From NCBI RefSeq assembly GCF_036321535.1, contig NC_087436.1:310001-374000 (forward strand): DNA of 64,000 nt, in the 5' to 3' direction. The notes beneath the pieces are model-generated. The model made no database searches. It had not been told where the DNA came from and saw only the letters and a program-made list of their open reading frames with translations. Shown piece after piece: positions 1 through 11,939 of this stretch (positions within the stretch are counted from its first letter, which is position 1; each line of letters begins with the position of its first letter). Source of the DNA: Camelus dromedarius. Its lineage: Eukaryota. The translations under genes and the position numbers were made by a program.

Positions 1-3000
1 CCACGTGTGCGTCTTGGGAAGATGCAGAGGCTTCAGGGTCCGGGAGGGGAGACTCCTCAGAAGCTGGAGTTGGATTGGGGAGTGGGGAGAAGGTAGTCAC
101 ACTTACCTGTGACGGTGGGAAAGAGTCCTAGGGAGTCCCGACCCTACCGGACTCTCTTTCCCATGAACAGAAGGCAATTAGACAGAGGATCTGAGATGAA
201 AAGGGATGGGTGCTGTGAGGGGAGCCAACCTGGAGAATGGTGCTTGGACAGTTCTGGAATAGTCTTCCTGCAAAATAGAGTTAAAAAAACACAGACTCTA
301 AAGAATATTGACAGTAACTGAGGAGGAGGCAGTTTTTCTGGCCTCCTAAGAGTAAGTCATGTATACGGGGATACACAGAAGAATCGGGCAGTCTCTTGCG
401 GGGGCTTGATCCTTACCAGAGGCAACAGTGCAAGTTTAAAGGGGGAGAAGGGCAGCGGAGGTAAACTAGCCAGGCCTTGTGTCAGGTACCAGTTGGCCGC
501 CCTAATTGCGTGTTCCATTCACATCCATCCCTCCCATGTGGGCGGTGGCAGCCCCCTTTTGCGGATTGACAAGACTTCTCAGAGGGGTTAAGGTATCGGT
601 CCATTTAGCGGCTAGTAAATGCTGTAGCAGGATTCAAGCTGGGCCTTGTCAGACTTAAAGGGCATGTTTTATCTACTAATTCCGGTACCTCCCTGTTGTA
701 CCTGGAATGGTGAAGTGGGTCAGTTTTGGAGCCTTTCAGAAAAAGTGTGATTTAAGTGCCTCAGGACTGTTTCACAAAGCTCAGTGTTCTTTGATTGTTC
801 GGAAACAAAGCAGTGCTTTATGCCCCACCGATGTAAGGTCTTACTCCTTTGACGATGACGTGGTTGCAAATGACATACAGGTGCAAAACCAGACTTAGCA
901 GCTTCTGAAGGGAAACTCTCCAGTTCTTCCTTGATCCGCTGTCTTCTGCGGGATGTAACTCTGCTGCAGCGTAAGCCTGAGTTTTCCGTATGGATTGAGG
1001 GTTTGATAACCAATGTTAACATAAAACGATCAGATGGAGAAAATCGACGTTGGCAATTTATTTTTGGGTATCATTAGACAAGATGCACTATCGGTTAATG
1101 GCCCATATAACGTATGAAATTGAGTACAGAACATTGCATTTCTTACTTTCTACTTAGAACTGTGTTCCATTGTAAGGTTGTCTGCTTTGAAAATTCAGCT
1201 CAGCCACTAGGGCGCCTGTCAGTGTGTTGGTGTGATTGCATTTACACAGTGCATGTAATCTGGGCTTCCTCAACCCCAAACACTCCAGTGCAGAATCATG
1301 GGCTGTAGCAATCACTTAGTTATACAAATACTTCTGAAACTATGATTCCAAAAAAAAAAAAAAAAAAAAAAAGGAGAGAGAGATTGCCTTTATCATAGTT
1401 CCTTTGGAATTAAACTGCAAACTGTTGTTGAGCAGTTCTGGCTTGCTTTATATATGAATATATACATTTCTTTGCATGTAACTTGGTTTTTGGACTAGAA
1501 CACCAAGCTCTTGTTTTCCATGAGCCACAAAAATCGTAGCCAAATGACACACGTATGAAACATTTTATTCCTTTTTTCTGAGAAAGGATACTTAAATTTT
1601 GAACTTAGTCTCTGATTTTGGTTTTAGCTCTTCCCTACCCTCTTGTCATCTCACTCCTATTTCCCACGTGGCCTCCAAGATGTCATGGTCTCAAAGGAGT
1701 GGGTGGACAAACACCATTTGGTCACCATGCAGTGCTGCTCTAGATGAAGCCCAGCCCAGAACTAAAGGACATTATCAGAGAGGACTTCCTGGAAGAAATG
1801 GGCTCTACATACAGTTCTGAGGACAGAGTAAGAGTCAGCCAGGAGAAGGAGTCAAGAAGGTGGCTCAGGTGGCAGGTGAAGCCCGGGCAGAGACATGGAG
1901 GCTTGTGGGGTGGGGACCCGGGGAAAGTGCCCTCTGTGGTCCAGGGTGAATGGTGCCCTTACTGGGGAGGACAATGGAGAGGACCTGGGAGGAGGGCTTT
2001 GGAGGAGCTTGGGTTTTACTAAAACTGACCAAGGAGGCAGTGAAGGGTGTCAGCAGTAAGTGACTCTCAGGAAAGGTACTTCTGGTTTTGCTTCTGATAT
2101 TCTACAGAAAGAAGGGCAGGGATGGGCGAGAGCAGGTAAGTCTCTCCCTTTGAGACCCATCCCGTCATTCATTTATTCATAACATGCGCAGTTCTGAGTG
2201 TCTAGGGGAGAGTGAGCCCACATTAATAAGCAAAATTTATTAGCTTCTTGGGAGCTTAGAAGTGTCAGAAGTTGACTTAGCCTAGAATGTTCTAGGAACA
2301 GAGGAACAAAGTGCCGAGGTTGGAGGGAGGGAAGGCTTCCTTGAGAAATAGTCAAGATGAGCCTGGAGGCAAGTGGAAAGTAGGAGCAATTCAGGGGTCC
2401 CCTGAGGTCACTGGGGACCATGGTGCTGAGGTGAGGCTTGGCGAGCAGGGTCAGGGTCAGGGGTGGGGCTAGAACTCTACCAGGGAGCCTCTGAAGTGTT
2501 TGAAGTGGGGGTTGATGTAATCAAATTTGTGCTTTGGGAAGGCTGCCCTGGCTATGTGTGTGTGTGTGTGTGTGTAACGGGGAAGAGGGGGAGGGTGCCA
2601 CCAACTGGGGGGGGGCATTAGAAGACCATTCTCAGGCTGGGAGGCGACCAGTGGGAGAGGGACGTCGGGGTTGCTTGGGGAAGTCAGGGGCAGTATGGAT
2701 GCCGGATTTCCTTTTGGGGAGGGTTTGTTAGCGGGGCCGCCCTAGCGGCACCTTGTGGCTGGAAGGAAACAGATGGAGGTCGCCAGGTGGACTTTCCACT
2801 TCTCTCCTTCCCTGCCTTGCCTGATGATCTTAGCTCAGCCAACATTTGGAACAGAAGAGGTAAGTTCTAGGGTAGCCCAGTACTTTGTTCCGCTCGTTCG
2901 AGTGAGATCTGATAGGACATAAGTTTGTGTTCAGATCTGCATGTTCACTTAGCTAGAAACGTCCCGTCTTTTGGATTTCCATAGGGGTTTTTATTCTTGA

Positions 3001-3116
3001 TAAAGATTGCTTTCTTGGTGAGAGGAAATTTAATACAGCTGTTGTTTTTCTCAAAAAGAAATCATATCTTTTAAGAAATTTAGCATTCAAAAGAATCAGA
3101 ATATTTAAAAATGATA
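1..3116 (+). repeat. Segmental duplication block, copy A (direct repeat of 60897-64000)
   Basis: Colinear match from ccacgtgtgcg (1 vs 60897) to aatatttaaaaatgata (3116 vs 64000). About 34 substitutions plus one 3-nt gap in the 300 bp compared by hand (721-1022), with more indels elsewhere. Both ends are cut by the window edges. Confidence 0.97.
2554..2575. repeat. (TG)n microsatellite; paralogous tract at about 63439-63463
   Basis: Directly visible. Confidence 0.9.
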
Positions 3117-3749
3117 AAGTAAGGTTTTGGTGTAGTTTCTTTGGTTTCTGAGTTAATGTGGAGTTAGAGCCTTTGCATTACTTAATAGCACATCCTTGTC
3201 AGTATTTAAAGAGCAGTTAGTGAGCGCCACAGGCCCCACCTCTCAAAGCATCGTTAAAGTTTGCTCTGAAATAGTGAAGTCATACAGTTCTTGTTTGCAG
3301 AAGCCAAACAGTTGGTTTATAATATGCAGCATAGCTCCCTTTATAAAATAAACATAGGATCAACATTAAGAAAGTGGAAGATAATTGATTTTTTTTAAAG
3401 CTGAAACAAAAACTTTCTTGTTCTAATGTTGCAACTGGAAATTTTGAAAAGAAAAATCCTTCTGTAATATCATCTACTTGGAATACATATATACCTTTCA
3501 CGTTTGAAAAGTAATTGCGCAGTGGTTTTTGAAGTCAGGAGAATTCCACATCAGATACTGGCAGTGATGGTTGCTGGTTTTCAATGGAAGAGCCCAAATT
3601 TGCCTTCTTAGCTTTTTTTCTTTTTTTTTTTTTTGTAGTGAGCGGGTTGAGTAGTTCTTTGCCAGCATGATTTTGGGGCAATTTGGGGGCAGATGTCATG
3701 CACCAGCAGTGAGATATTTCCATGCATTTTACTTTCTTGACATCAACAG

Positions 3750-3860
3750 GGTACATGTTGGGTTTATACCTGCAGGCTGGGATGCTGAAGTACTCCCTGA
3801 TCCATCACCGTTATGTCCTGGAGCTGCTCCGGTCAGTGAATGATTTTCTGTGGCTTGGAT
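3750..3860 (+). pseudogene. TRAPPC9: TRAPPC9 exon 3 remnant (5'-shortened, 111 nt)
   Basis: caacag|gg...ggat|gtaagg. Translates [36 protein letters not shown] versus TRAPPC9 [35 protein letters not shown]. Confidence 0.92.
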
Positions 3861-4218
3861 GTAAGGTGGTCTGATGCAGATGATCAGATGTGTAGTTAAA
3901 GTGCTATTACTTGAAATAAGAGAAACCAAGTAACATGGCTCTAAAAATACAGGATGAGGGATGAGAATTACCTGAGCTGCTTGCAGTAGAGAGTCTTCTC
4001 AGATGACACCCTCACCGTGATTCCTGCCAATATCAGCCCCAGCCATGCACGGTAATCCTGCCGAAGCAAGCATGCACTTTGCTCAGAAACGCAGTGAATT
4101 TCCTTGTGCCTCCATTGGTTGGGTTTTTTTTTAAGGTACATCTTGCCCTTTGTTTAAATGCCATCCCTGTTTTTCACATTTTTCACTCATTGTTCTGGAC
4201 CTCGTACATACATAGCTG

Positions 4219-4800
4219 CTGAATGGATGAAAAGAACGTAGTATCTCCATGTAGTGGAATATTATTCAGACGTAAGAGTGACAAAAAAAGAAAAAATAAA
4301 AATAAAAGGGCAGATGAAAAAGGGCTCCTGTTCTGGGAAGTCCACCCTGTCTGCTCAACCCGACCTTTTATCTTTGAAAACCAATCCATTATATTCCACT
4401 ATACTCTTTTTGACAGTACTTACCACCTTCTAATAAACTTTAACATTTTCAAAAAAAAAAAAAAGAGGGAGATGCTGATACCACTTCAACATCTACGAGC
4501 CTTGATAACAGCATGTTAAGTGAAAGGAACCAGACACAAACGGCCACATATTGTTGATTTCAGTGATCTGAAATGCCCAGAAAAGGCACATGCAGAGGCA
4601 GAGAGCAGGTGATGGTTGAAAGGGGCTGGGTGGAGGGGTGTTAGGGAGTGACTGCTAGTGACAGGGGTGCTCTTCTCGGGTGATGAAGTGTTCTGGAGAT
4701 AGATGGTGGTGAGGGCTGCACAACCGTGAGTGTGCAGAAGACTGCTGAGCGCTGTCTCTGGGAGTGCCTGTTGTTGGGGCGGCTTTATTTTGACCTCATT
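4219..4800 (+). mobile_element. Old L1 (L1MB-like) 3' end, interrupted at 4282-4462 by a poly(A)-tailed insert
   Basis: tggaatattattcag...gttaagtgaaaggaaccagacacaaacggccacatattg...ggggctggg...gttctggagatagatggtggtg motifs typical of L1MB 3' ends. Confidence 0.75.
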
Positions 4801-5822
4801 CTACAATGTGAAGAGTCATCTTCTGCTGTGGCCTTTCTACTCCTGTGAGTGGTGAGGGTCAGACACTTTGCAGAGTCATGTTTCTTTTTTCACCCTTGCT
4901 AAGTGTAGGCAAAAAAGGTTTAAGCCTGAGAAAGTGCTCCATCTGCAGAAATGTCTTTTAGTTTTGCATGGTGTAAAAATCTTGAGAGCATTTAATCGTT
5001 GAGGACAGTCTGTTGGGGGAAAGAGCCCGTGAAGCCTGGGTGAGACCTGGAAGAGCCGTGCTTCCCTTCCAGACACGGGTGGGGACTTCACCCCCGTTCA
5101 GGCAGTGAAGGGCCCAGACCCGAGAGCGGAGTTGACACTCGTGAATATTTACGTGTATCCGCTGCTTCATCTTGGATATTAATTTCAAGCTGAGTCAGTT
5201 TGTGGCGGCAGCCTCATCCTACATCAGGAATTTATAGTATCTGCTCTTTGAGGTGAAGACCAGACAGACTTGATTATTTAAGTCTCTCTTGAATTGATAT
5301 CTTAGATTCCCTTGTCAAAAGCAAAACAGCAGAAATACAGACGTCCTTTAATGCCGATGTGACCTGGAACGGGTTTAGTCTCAGTGCCTCAGTAGCCTTG
5401 TCTGCGGGTGGAGAACATGATAACAATGCTTCCCTCAGAGGGGCTGGGGAGGGGGGAGTGAGAAGCACAAATGTAGGACTTACACGTGATGCTCATGAAT
5501 GACCGAATTTAGTGCTCTCAGCCTGGTGAGGCCTCAGGGGCAGAGATGTCAGAACAGAGCAGTCCTAGCCGGAACTCGATCCGTGTTGGCAGCTGTTACG
5601 ATCACTATCACCACTGTGGGTTATCAGGTAGTTTTAAGACTTGGTAATATGAATTCTTGAATAATGTTAAAAGACTAGACATCTCAGACCCAGTTTACAT
5701 AGTTCTCAAGAATTCCTCTGAGAAATGGATGTTTTTTTCCCCATCTTAAATCTGAGTTGAGTCTCTAAAAAAATTCTGTATTCCTCCATCATTTTGCTTT
5801 AATTCTCCATTTCTTAAAAAAA

Positions 5823-5909
5823 TTTTTTAAATGAAGTTACTGGGGACTGAACTGAGGGCCTCGTGCATGCTAAGCACAAACTCTCCCAAATGAGGTATAA
5901 TCTCCTCCC
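5823..5909 (-). mobile_element. Vic-1-type tRNA-derived camelid SINE
   Basis: tactggggactgaac...gcctcgtgcatgctaagcac...ctcctccc is the reverse complement of the tRNA-like head. Confidence 0.75.
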
Positions 5910-8900
5910 TTTTTTTTTTAAACTTTAGTTTCTTAATATTCAGAGTTTAGAGGCCTCTAATTCTTTTTCTGAAGACTTGTCCATGAACCTGTAAATCTAT
6001 AATTAATGGACAAAACTTGTTTTATTAAAAAAATCAATAGAATATTCTGCAATCCATCCAAAAGGAAATGCTCATTGACATAAAATGTTTCTCCTTTATG
6101 GTGATTTCTCCTTTTTGGTCTAGCTTAATTTATTAACAGCCATCCTCATCATCATAATGACCAAACTCTCTGTGATTGGACACTTACCTAAGGCTAAAAT
6201 GCTTTCCTCATGTTTTACTTCATAGCAGGTGTTTGAGGGTAGGTATCAGTGTCTCCTTTTTTGCAGCTGAGTGATTGAGAGATGGGCCAGCTTGTCCCAA
6301 ATCACACGCAGCTGGTGGTGTCTAGCTCGGTGCTGGAATCCAGGCTGCACAGGATGCAATCTCAATTGCTCCTCTAATCAGCCTCCCATTGAGTGGTTTC
6401 CCGAACTCCTCTGAGTCCATAAATGACCGATTTTAGCGATCTCAGCCTGATGAGGTCTTCAAAGGAGAGACACCAGTGAGAATGTGAGACAGACTGGCAT
6501 AAATTAAAATTGTACATTTTCACAAATGTTTTATTCTCAGGTAATGACTTAAAAAGGTAATTATTTTTTATTTTAGTGCTTTGTAAGCACTAAAAACAAA
6601 ACATTTAAAATAATTATTGTGCAAAAGAGAAGTGGGCTTTGAAAATCCAACCGGTGCTAATGATGTTACAGTTTTTCTCTAGGAGAGCTTATTGACTGAA
6701 AAATTTACACAGACTGAATTGTTTTTATGTAGCCTTAGTATGGAAGAAAAGATTGTCTGTGAGTATTGTAAGTAAAATCCTTACTCTTTTCTTTCCTGAT
6801 GATGAATATGTTAGTTGTTTTCATGGCTGAAATACATTTCGTTATTTGTGAAATTTGAGTAATATCGTTTACCTTGTCTGACTGTGAGAGTTAGACTCCT
6901 TGTATACAAAGCACCGTAGAGGTGCTTAATAAAAACGTGCTGTCACAATGACTGATACTTTAGAAGTATCAACTCTGAATACTAAAAAGTGTAGCTTATT
7001 TCCGATGCATATTCAGTATGTATATATATGATATATATGAATATGGCTTAAAATAACGAGGATTCAGTTTTTTTTTCCTTAGTGCAGTATGAAGTTTTAA
7101 TGAAATCTGTATCATTCTTGTGAGACAGGGAATACATAAATTGCCTTAAGCAGACGACCTAGAAAATTATTTACACAGAATGTGTAGTGTTAAAGCTCAA
7201 AATTAATGTTGCCGTGTAAACATCCACTCAGACTTTTAAATTCGTGGGATTGTGACCAGAAACATTAAGCTTAGAAAAATCCGCATTGATCACTTTCAGG
7301 GAATAAGCTTCTCTCATTTGTGATTAAAGAAACTTTTGATATTTTTTCTGCACTCTTAACAGGTTTTAAAATATCAACATTTTGATTAGACATGTCACAT
7401 TTTTAATAGAGAATAAAGCTCAGGCTGTTTTAATATGTAAATAAATGTTTTTTTATTTCAACAAACTTGTATGATTTCCTGGCCCTTTGAGAAGTATTTT
7501 GCAAGATATTTTGATTACCTGCTGTTGGAAAATTACAGACGTGACTTTTCTGAATATAGGCCTAGTACAGATCTGTTGGTTTTTGCTACAGTGCAAGACA
7601 TGAGGCCTAGGAGAGCTTTGCTGAGGATTGCCAGGAGGACATATCCAAGGTCTCAGTCTCCCCTCCTATAAAATGAAGTGGCTGGACTGGATTCTTTCCT
7701 CTTCTAAGATGAGTTTCCATGAGCCTGTGTCTTTTGTTTATATTCAGGAGTATTAGCAATATCAGATTAAATACTGACTACCCCTCCCTTCCCCCAAAGC
7801 AAAGTGCAGTATGTGGTACACAAGCTTTTAGTTACCTGATTCTCTTTTCTGATCTTACAGGCAATTTTTGTGTTGCATGTTTCCTGGGAACCTGGAAGGT
7901 ATTTTTAGCCGTAGGTGGCGCTGTTGCACCGTCTTAGAGTCTTAATTTTCCTGTTTATAAAAGAAGGTTTAAAAAACATGATTTTATTTTGATTTCTTCG
8001 CTTAATGCTTCAGAATAGCACAATGTCCATTGTGTCTGTCTACCTGGAAAAATTATTCTGCTTATAACTTAGTTTTATTCTGTCATATCGCTGTGAACAT
8101 TTCAGACTTGCTGTGCAAACAATGGCAAAATCGGACTTTTCTTCCAGTGTTAGAAATCAGTGGGCCGGGATTTTATAAAAGAGCAAGAAGGGGCCTCTGG
8201 AGCAACTTAAAGCTAAAAAGTGTGTTGAGTTCCCTGAGAATTGACCCCGCCGATGTGTGTTAATTGGTGGGAGATGACTTGGTACATATACAAAGGGGTG
8301 TAGTTTTTTGACTTGGATTTGTGTGTACGTGCTGCCACTGAACCACGTGAGCCTGAGTCAGTTCGTTCTGAGTTTTTCCCTCGTCTGTGAGATTGGGACG
8401 CTCATATCTGCTTTGTAGAATTGTGTGAATTAGAAGTTATGTGAAGTGTTTACCACAGTGGGTATGTCAGGAGGGCTCATAAACTTTAGCTGCTGTTTTC
8501 TGTGAAGCATTCATTTGATGGTCTTTGGCAATTACTAAGAAACAGGAAAATAAGAAAAGCTGGTTTTATGACGAAAGATATTTGAGGAGGTTCCATAGTT
8601 CCTATACCCATAATTTAGCATCAGCAGAGTCAGAACTGTTACACAGTCGCCCTGAAACAATGTTAAGCCTCAGAATTTTTTGTTACTTCATATATGTTGG
8701 GGCCTAAGGGGATCCAATAATATACATATGTTGTCTCCAGCACCAACTGAGAGATGACACAAAAGAGTAGACAGGCGATAAATGTCTTATTTTTTACTGA
8801 TGAAGCCAAGTTCTCCATGAACTTCAGGGCTGTGGGTAAATGAGTGTCGTGATACAGTGTCCCAGAAGTAGAGACTTACCCTGTCCCAGGTATCTCTGGG

Positions 8901-9312
8901 CCACAGCGAGCCTTCCCTTGAGAGGATCTGCCCCATCATGCACAGGGATGTCCTGCCATGGAGCGGAGCATCCAAGGTGCTTCCCAAGGGTGGCCAACCC
9001 TGGAGGGAAAGGAAGGGTTTCACATGCCCTGCTTGTCTCCCTGGAATCACACCTCACTCTGTTAGTGTGAGGAGGGCTAGCTGTGTGGAAAGGGGTCAGG
9101 GGTGTGAAGGGAGATGCACTCTCCATGGCCCAGAGGAGTGGGGAGGAGGTATCACCTCCCTCAGTTTAAAGACGTGGTGGGATGGAACAGAACGGTGCAC
9201 CCCAAGATTTTATAAAAGGAGAAATAAGGGTTTTCTTTGGGACTTAGACTAGCCAGGAAACACAGAAGATGATTAGAAGGGAGACTTGTAAACCACTGTA
9301 ATATTAATTTGA

Positions 9313-9527
9313 CATTTGTTGAGCACCAAAAAAGTGCTACATTCTTTTCTGAGCGTTTTACAGAAATGTATCCTTCAATCTTCTCAACAAGCGAGTAAGA
9401 AAAGTTTGATTTTTATCCCAGCTTTACAGTGTGGAAATTGAGGCACACAGAGGGTAAGTTGGCCAAGGTCACAGAGCTAGTAAGTGGTAGAGCTGGTATT
9501 TAAACCCTGGCTGTCTGGTTTTGAGGC
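9313..9527 (-). mobile_element. MIR SINE (clearest of many; others near 6180-6350, 8330-8490, 15660-15820, 23130-23330, 24410-24570, 37735-37930, 54690-54830)
   Basis: MIR core tttacag.gtggaaattgaggcacacagagggtaag...ccaaggtcacagagctagtaagtggtagagctgg. Confidence 0.8.
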
Positions 9528-10957
9528 TCACAGAGACGGGCTTTGGGTGTTTAGATGTATCTGCATCCCTGGACTTCTGTACATCTGTGCATCAGTTAGC
9601 CCAGAAAGGACAGAGAAAAGAGTCACACAGTTGCTCACATTCGTGTCTCGGCCACTGTCCACGAAGAGTGCACCGTGATTAGCGTTGTTTTCCTGGCAGT
9701 AGATCTGTTGGTATAACAGAAATTCAGTCCATTGAATTAATCTAGAAATCCTTACTGCTCTGCTTCTGTCCACGCTTGCCATGTGACTGCCTGCCCGTGA
9801 TTGGGCCATGGAGGAGAACATGTACTCATGGTTGAACTCTGATATTGCAGTCTGATTCATATTTTCACGTCTTCTGTTACATTAATAAGTTAAATTTCTG
9901 GTTTTCTTGCATCAGTGTCTCATGAGTTTGGTTAATGTGAAACCAGTCCATGGGAGCCCAGGGGTAAAGACAGTATAATTTCTTAGCACGTTGTGGCACT
10001 TCTAGCAGTGCACACCTGACTGGAGGATGTTCGCGTTCCTCAATGATTTCTCCCAACTGCAGGGTCCTCTCCCATCCCTGGATGTGACGCTGGGAGCTCT
10101 CTGAGTAGGCCAGTCAGAGGCCATGTCCACCAATCAGAAAATGATGAAGTACCTGGAAGTGGGTTTAATAGAAGAAAAGGGCTTCCAGGTAGTCCGAAGG
10201 GCTGTTCGAGTAATTTAGTGAAAAGCTGTCCACTGTCTGTGGTTGAGCTGCTTCTTTGCTGTTGAAAAGTCTGGATTAGATGAAGGGATTTTAAAAAGCA
10301 GAAAGGAATGATTTCAGGTGGTATATCCACACCGGGGAGAATTGATGGATGACCGCCTGTGTGAGGCATAGACAGAGTCTTACAAACTTAATAAAACAGC
10401 TTTAAAAGCTCTGCCATCTGAGTGCACTTCATAAGGGGTCCAGATCATCACTGGTCTTGCTGAGAGGGCAAGTAACTGATGATGGCAGAAAGGACACGGA
10501 GGCATCTAAAAGGTCTCAGTCACGTTCCCTTTTTAAAGAATGAGGCACAGTGTAATATATTTGAGCTGGTATTCCACTGAAAAATTTTTAGTGTTTTCTG
10601 GGACTCCCCAGTTCCCCAAGGTTCCATGCAGCTGGGTGTCCCCTCAGTACAGCTCTGTCAGCTCTTGCCCTGGGCTGACGTGTTGTCACGGGGAGCAGGA
10701 CGGTCAGCGTCCCCGGCTCCTCCGAGCTTCGTCTCCTCATCCTCAGTGCCGGGTTTCTCATCTGTGTCTATTTAGTAGGGTTGCTGAGAATCACACGTGA
10801 TGGTTGTCAAGGGTGATTTGTGGTTGTCTCTGTGATTGGCATAAAGTCAATATTTGATAGAAACACTTGTTTTTTTTATTCCAATTGTGGCTCCTAGATT
10901 GAAGTGGTTTTTATTTGAATCTTTTTATAACTTTACTCATTTTTAAATAAGCACTTA

Positions 10958-11050
10958 TTTTTATTTATTTTTTTGGAGGTACTGGTGACTGAAGCCAGGA
11001 TATTTTGCATGCTAAGCAGGTGGCCTACAACTGAGTAACACCCACCCTCC
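10958..11050 (-). mobile_element. Vic-1-type SINE
   Basis: T-rich tail plus ggaggtactgg...gcatgctaagcagg...ctgag...ccctcc. Confidence 0.75.
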
Positions 11051-11912
11051 TTGTCTGCACTTAAAAATAAATATTGCAATACACAAAAGAACTCTTAACA
11101 CCATCATGGGACATAGTCTCTGTATAGGCATTTGAACATGTATACTATATCAAGAAGAATAAATGTTGTTGGGACAAACCTTTCTGAATCTGTTAATGTG
11201 CTTAAAAACGATCATAGCTAGTGATAAACACGAGACTTGGATCCAGTACTTCTTAGGGTCTGTTTTGCCATCATGGGAAATTACATTCTACAGAGAAGGC
11301 TAATTGGGTCTCTTTGATAATTGGATGGTTTAGCAGATGATCAAGGCTTTCAAAAGCTGACAGTTTTGTATTTTAAACTAACTACAAATTTATCTTCTAG
11401 AAGTTGGAAGTCCTAAGCTTGTGAAGTGCCCAGTAATCCAGGGGGAATATGTCTGTGTCCCTGTGAACGATTGTGTGTGTTATTTCAGGAATGTAGAAAG
11501 AAGTTCCATATAGACTTCTGATATATTACTCCTCTAGTTTAAGCTGTAGGCATGTATTTACACAAATAAATTGATATTCTTTTGTCATTTGGCATATTGG
11601 TGGGAATAAGTTGTTCTCATACTTGTTTCAGAAGGGTTGGGGAGCATGAGCTTAGAAAACGGGAGGAGAAAGAGGCAGGGAGGCACTTCACACACTGCAG
11701 GATGTGAGAAACAGTAGCTTTTGTTTTCTCTTTTATTCTAAAGCAAACTGGCACTGAATCGTAACATACTATTACTCAGAATTTCTTTTCTAATCAGATA
11801 CAAGTGCCTCAGATTTTTCAAGGCAACATGAATGATGAAATGTGTTTTAGCATTTATCTTTAAAAGTAGTTTTATTTTTCAAGGAAAAGGGTATAGTTTT
11901 TCTTTCTTCCAG

Positions 11913-11939
11913 CGGTACATGAAGTTCTCATTGATCCAG
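11913..11939 (+). pseudogene. TRAPPC9: TRAPPC9 27-nt micro-exon (exon 5) remnant
   Basis: ttttctttcttccag|cggtacatgaagttctcattgatccag|gtacat. Reads VHEVLIDP versus TRAPPC9 AQEVLIDP; exactly 27 nt. Confidence 0.9.

Noticed and set aside
990..1062. Minus-strand NCQRRFSPSDRF...HTE resembling a C2H2 zinc finger
   Set aside because: Cys/His spacing is wrong, and the motif lies upstream of the ATG just after a stop.
2779..2912. Resemblance to U8 snoRNA (tcgccaggtgg) or a tRNA (tagctcag, gttcgag)
   Set aside because: Only short motif matches; no extended similarity and no cloverleaf.
6446..6485. CTGATGAG suggesting a hammerhead ribozyme core
   Set aside because: No GAAA core or stems I/III, and the paralogous repeat has CTGGTGAG.
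7471..7671. LLLENYR resembling a KRAB-A box
   Set aside because: The rest of the KRAB motif and its exon structure are absent.
3861..11912. TRAPPC9 exon 4 (AALEGLCSASVIYHYPGG...)
   Set aside because: No convincing match found by eye. Exon 8 onward was likewise not found after 26911.
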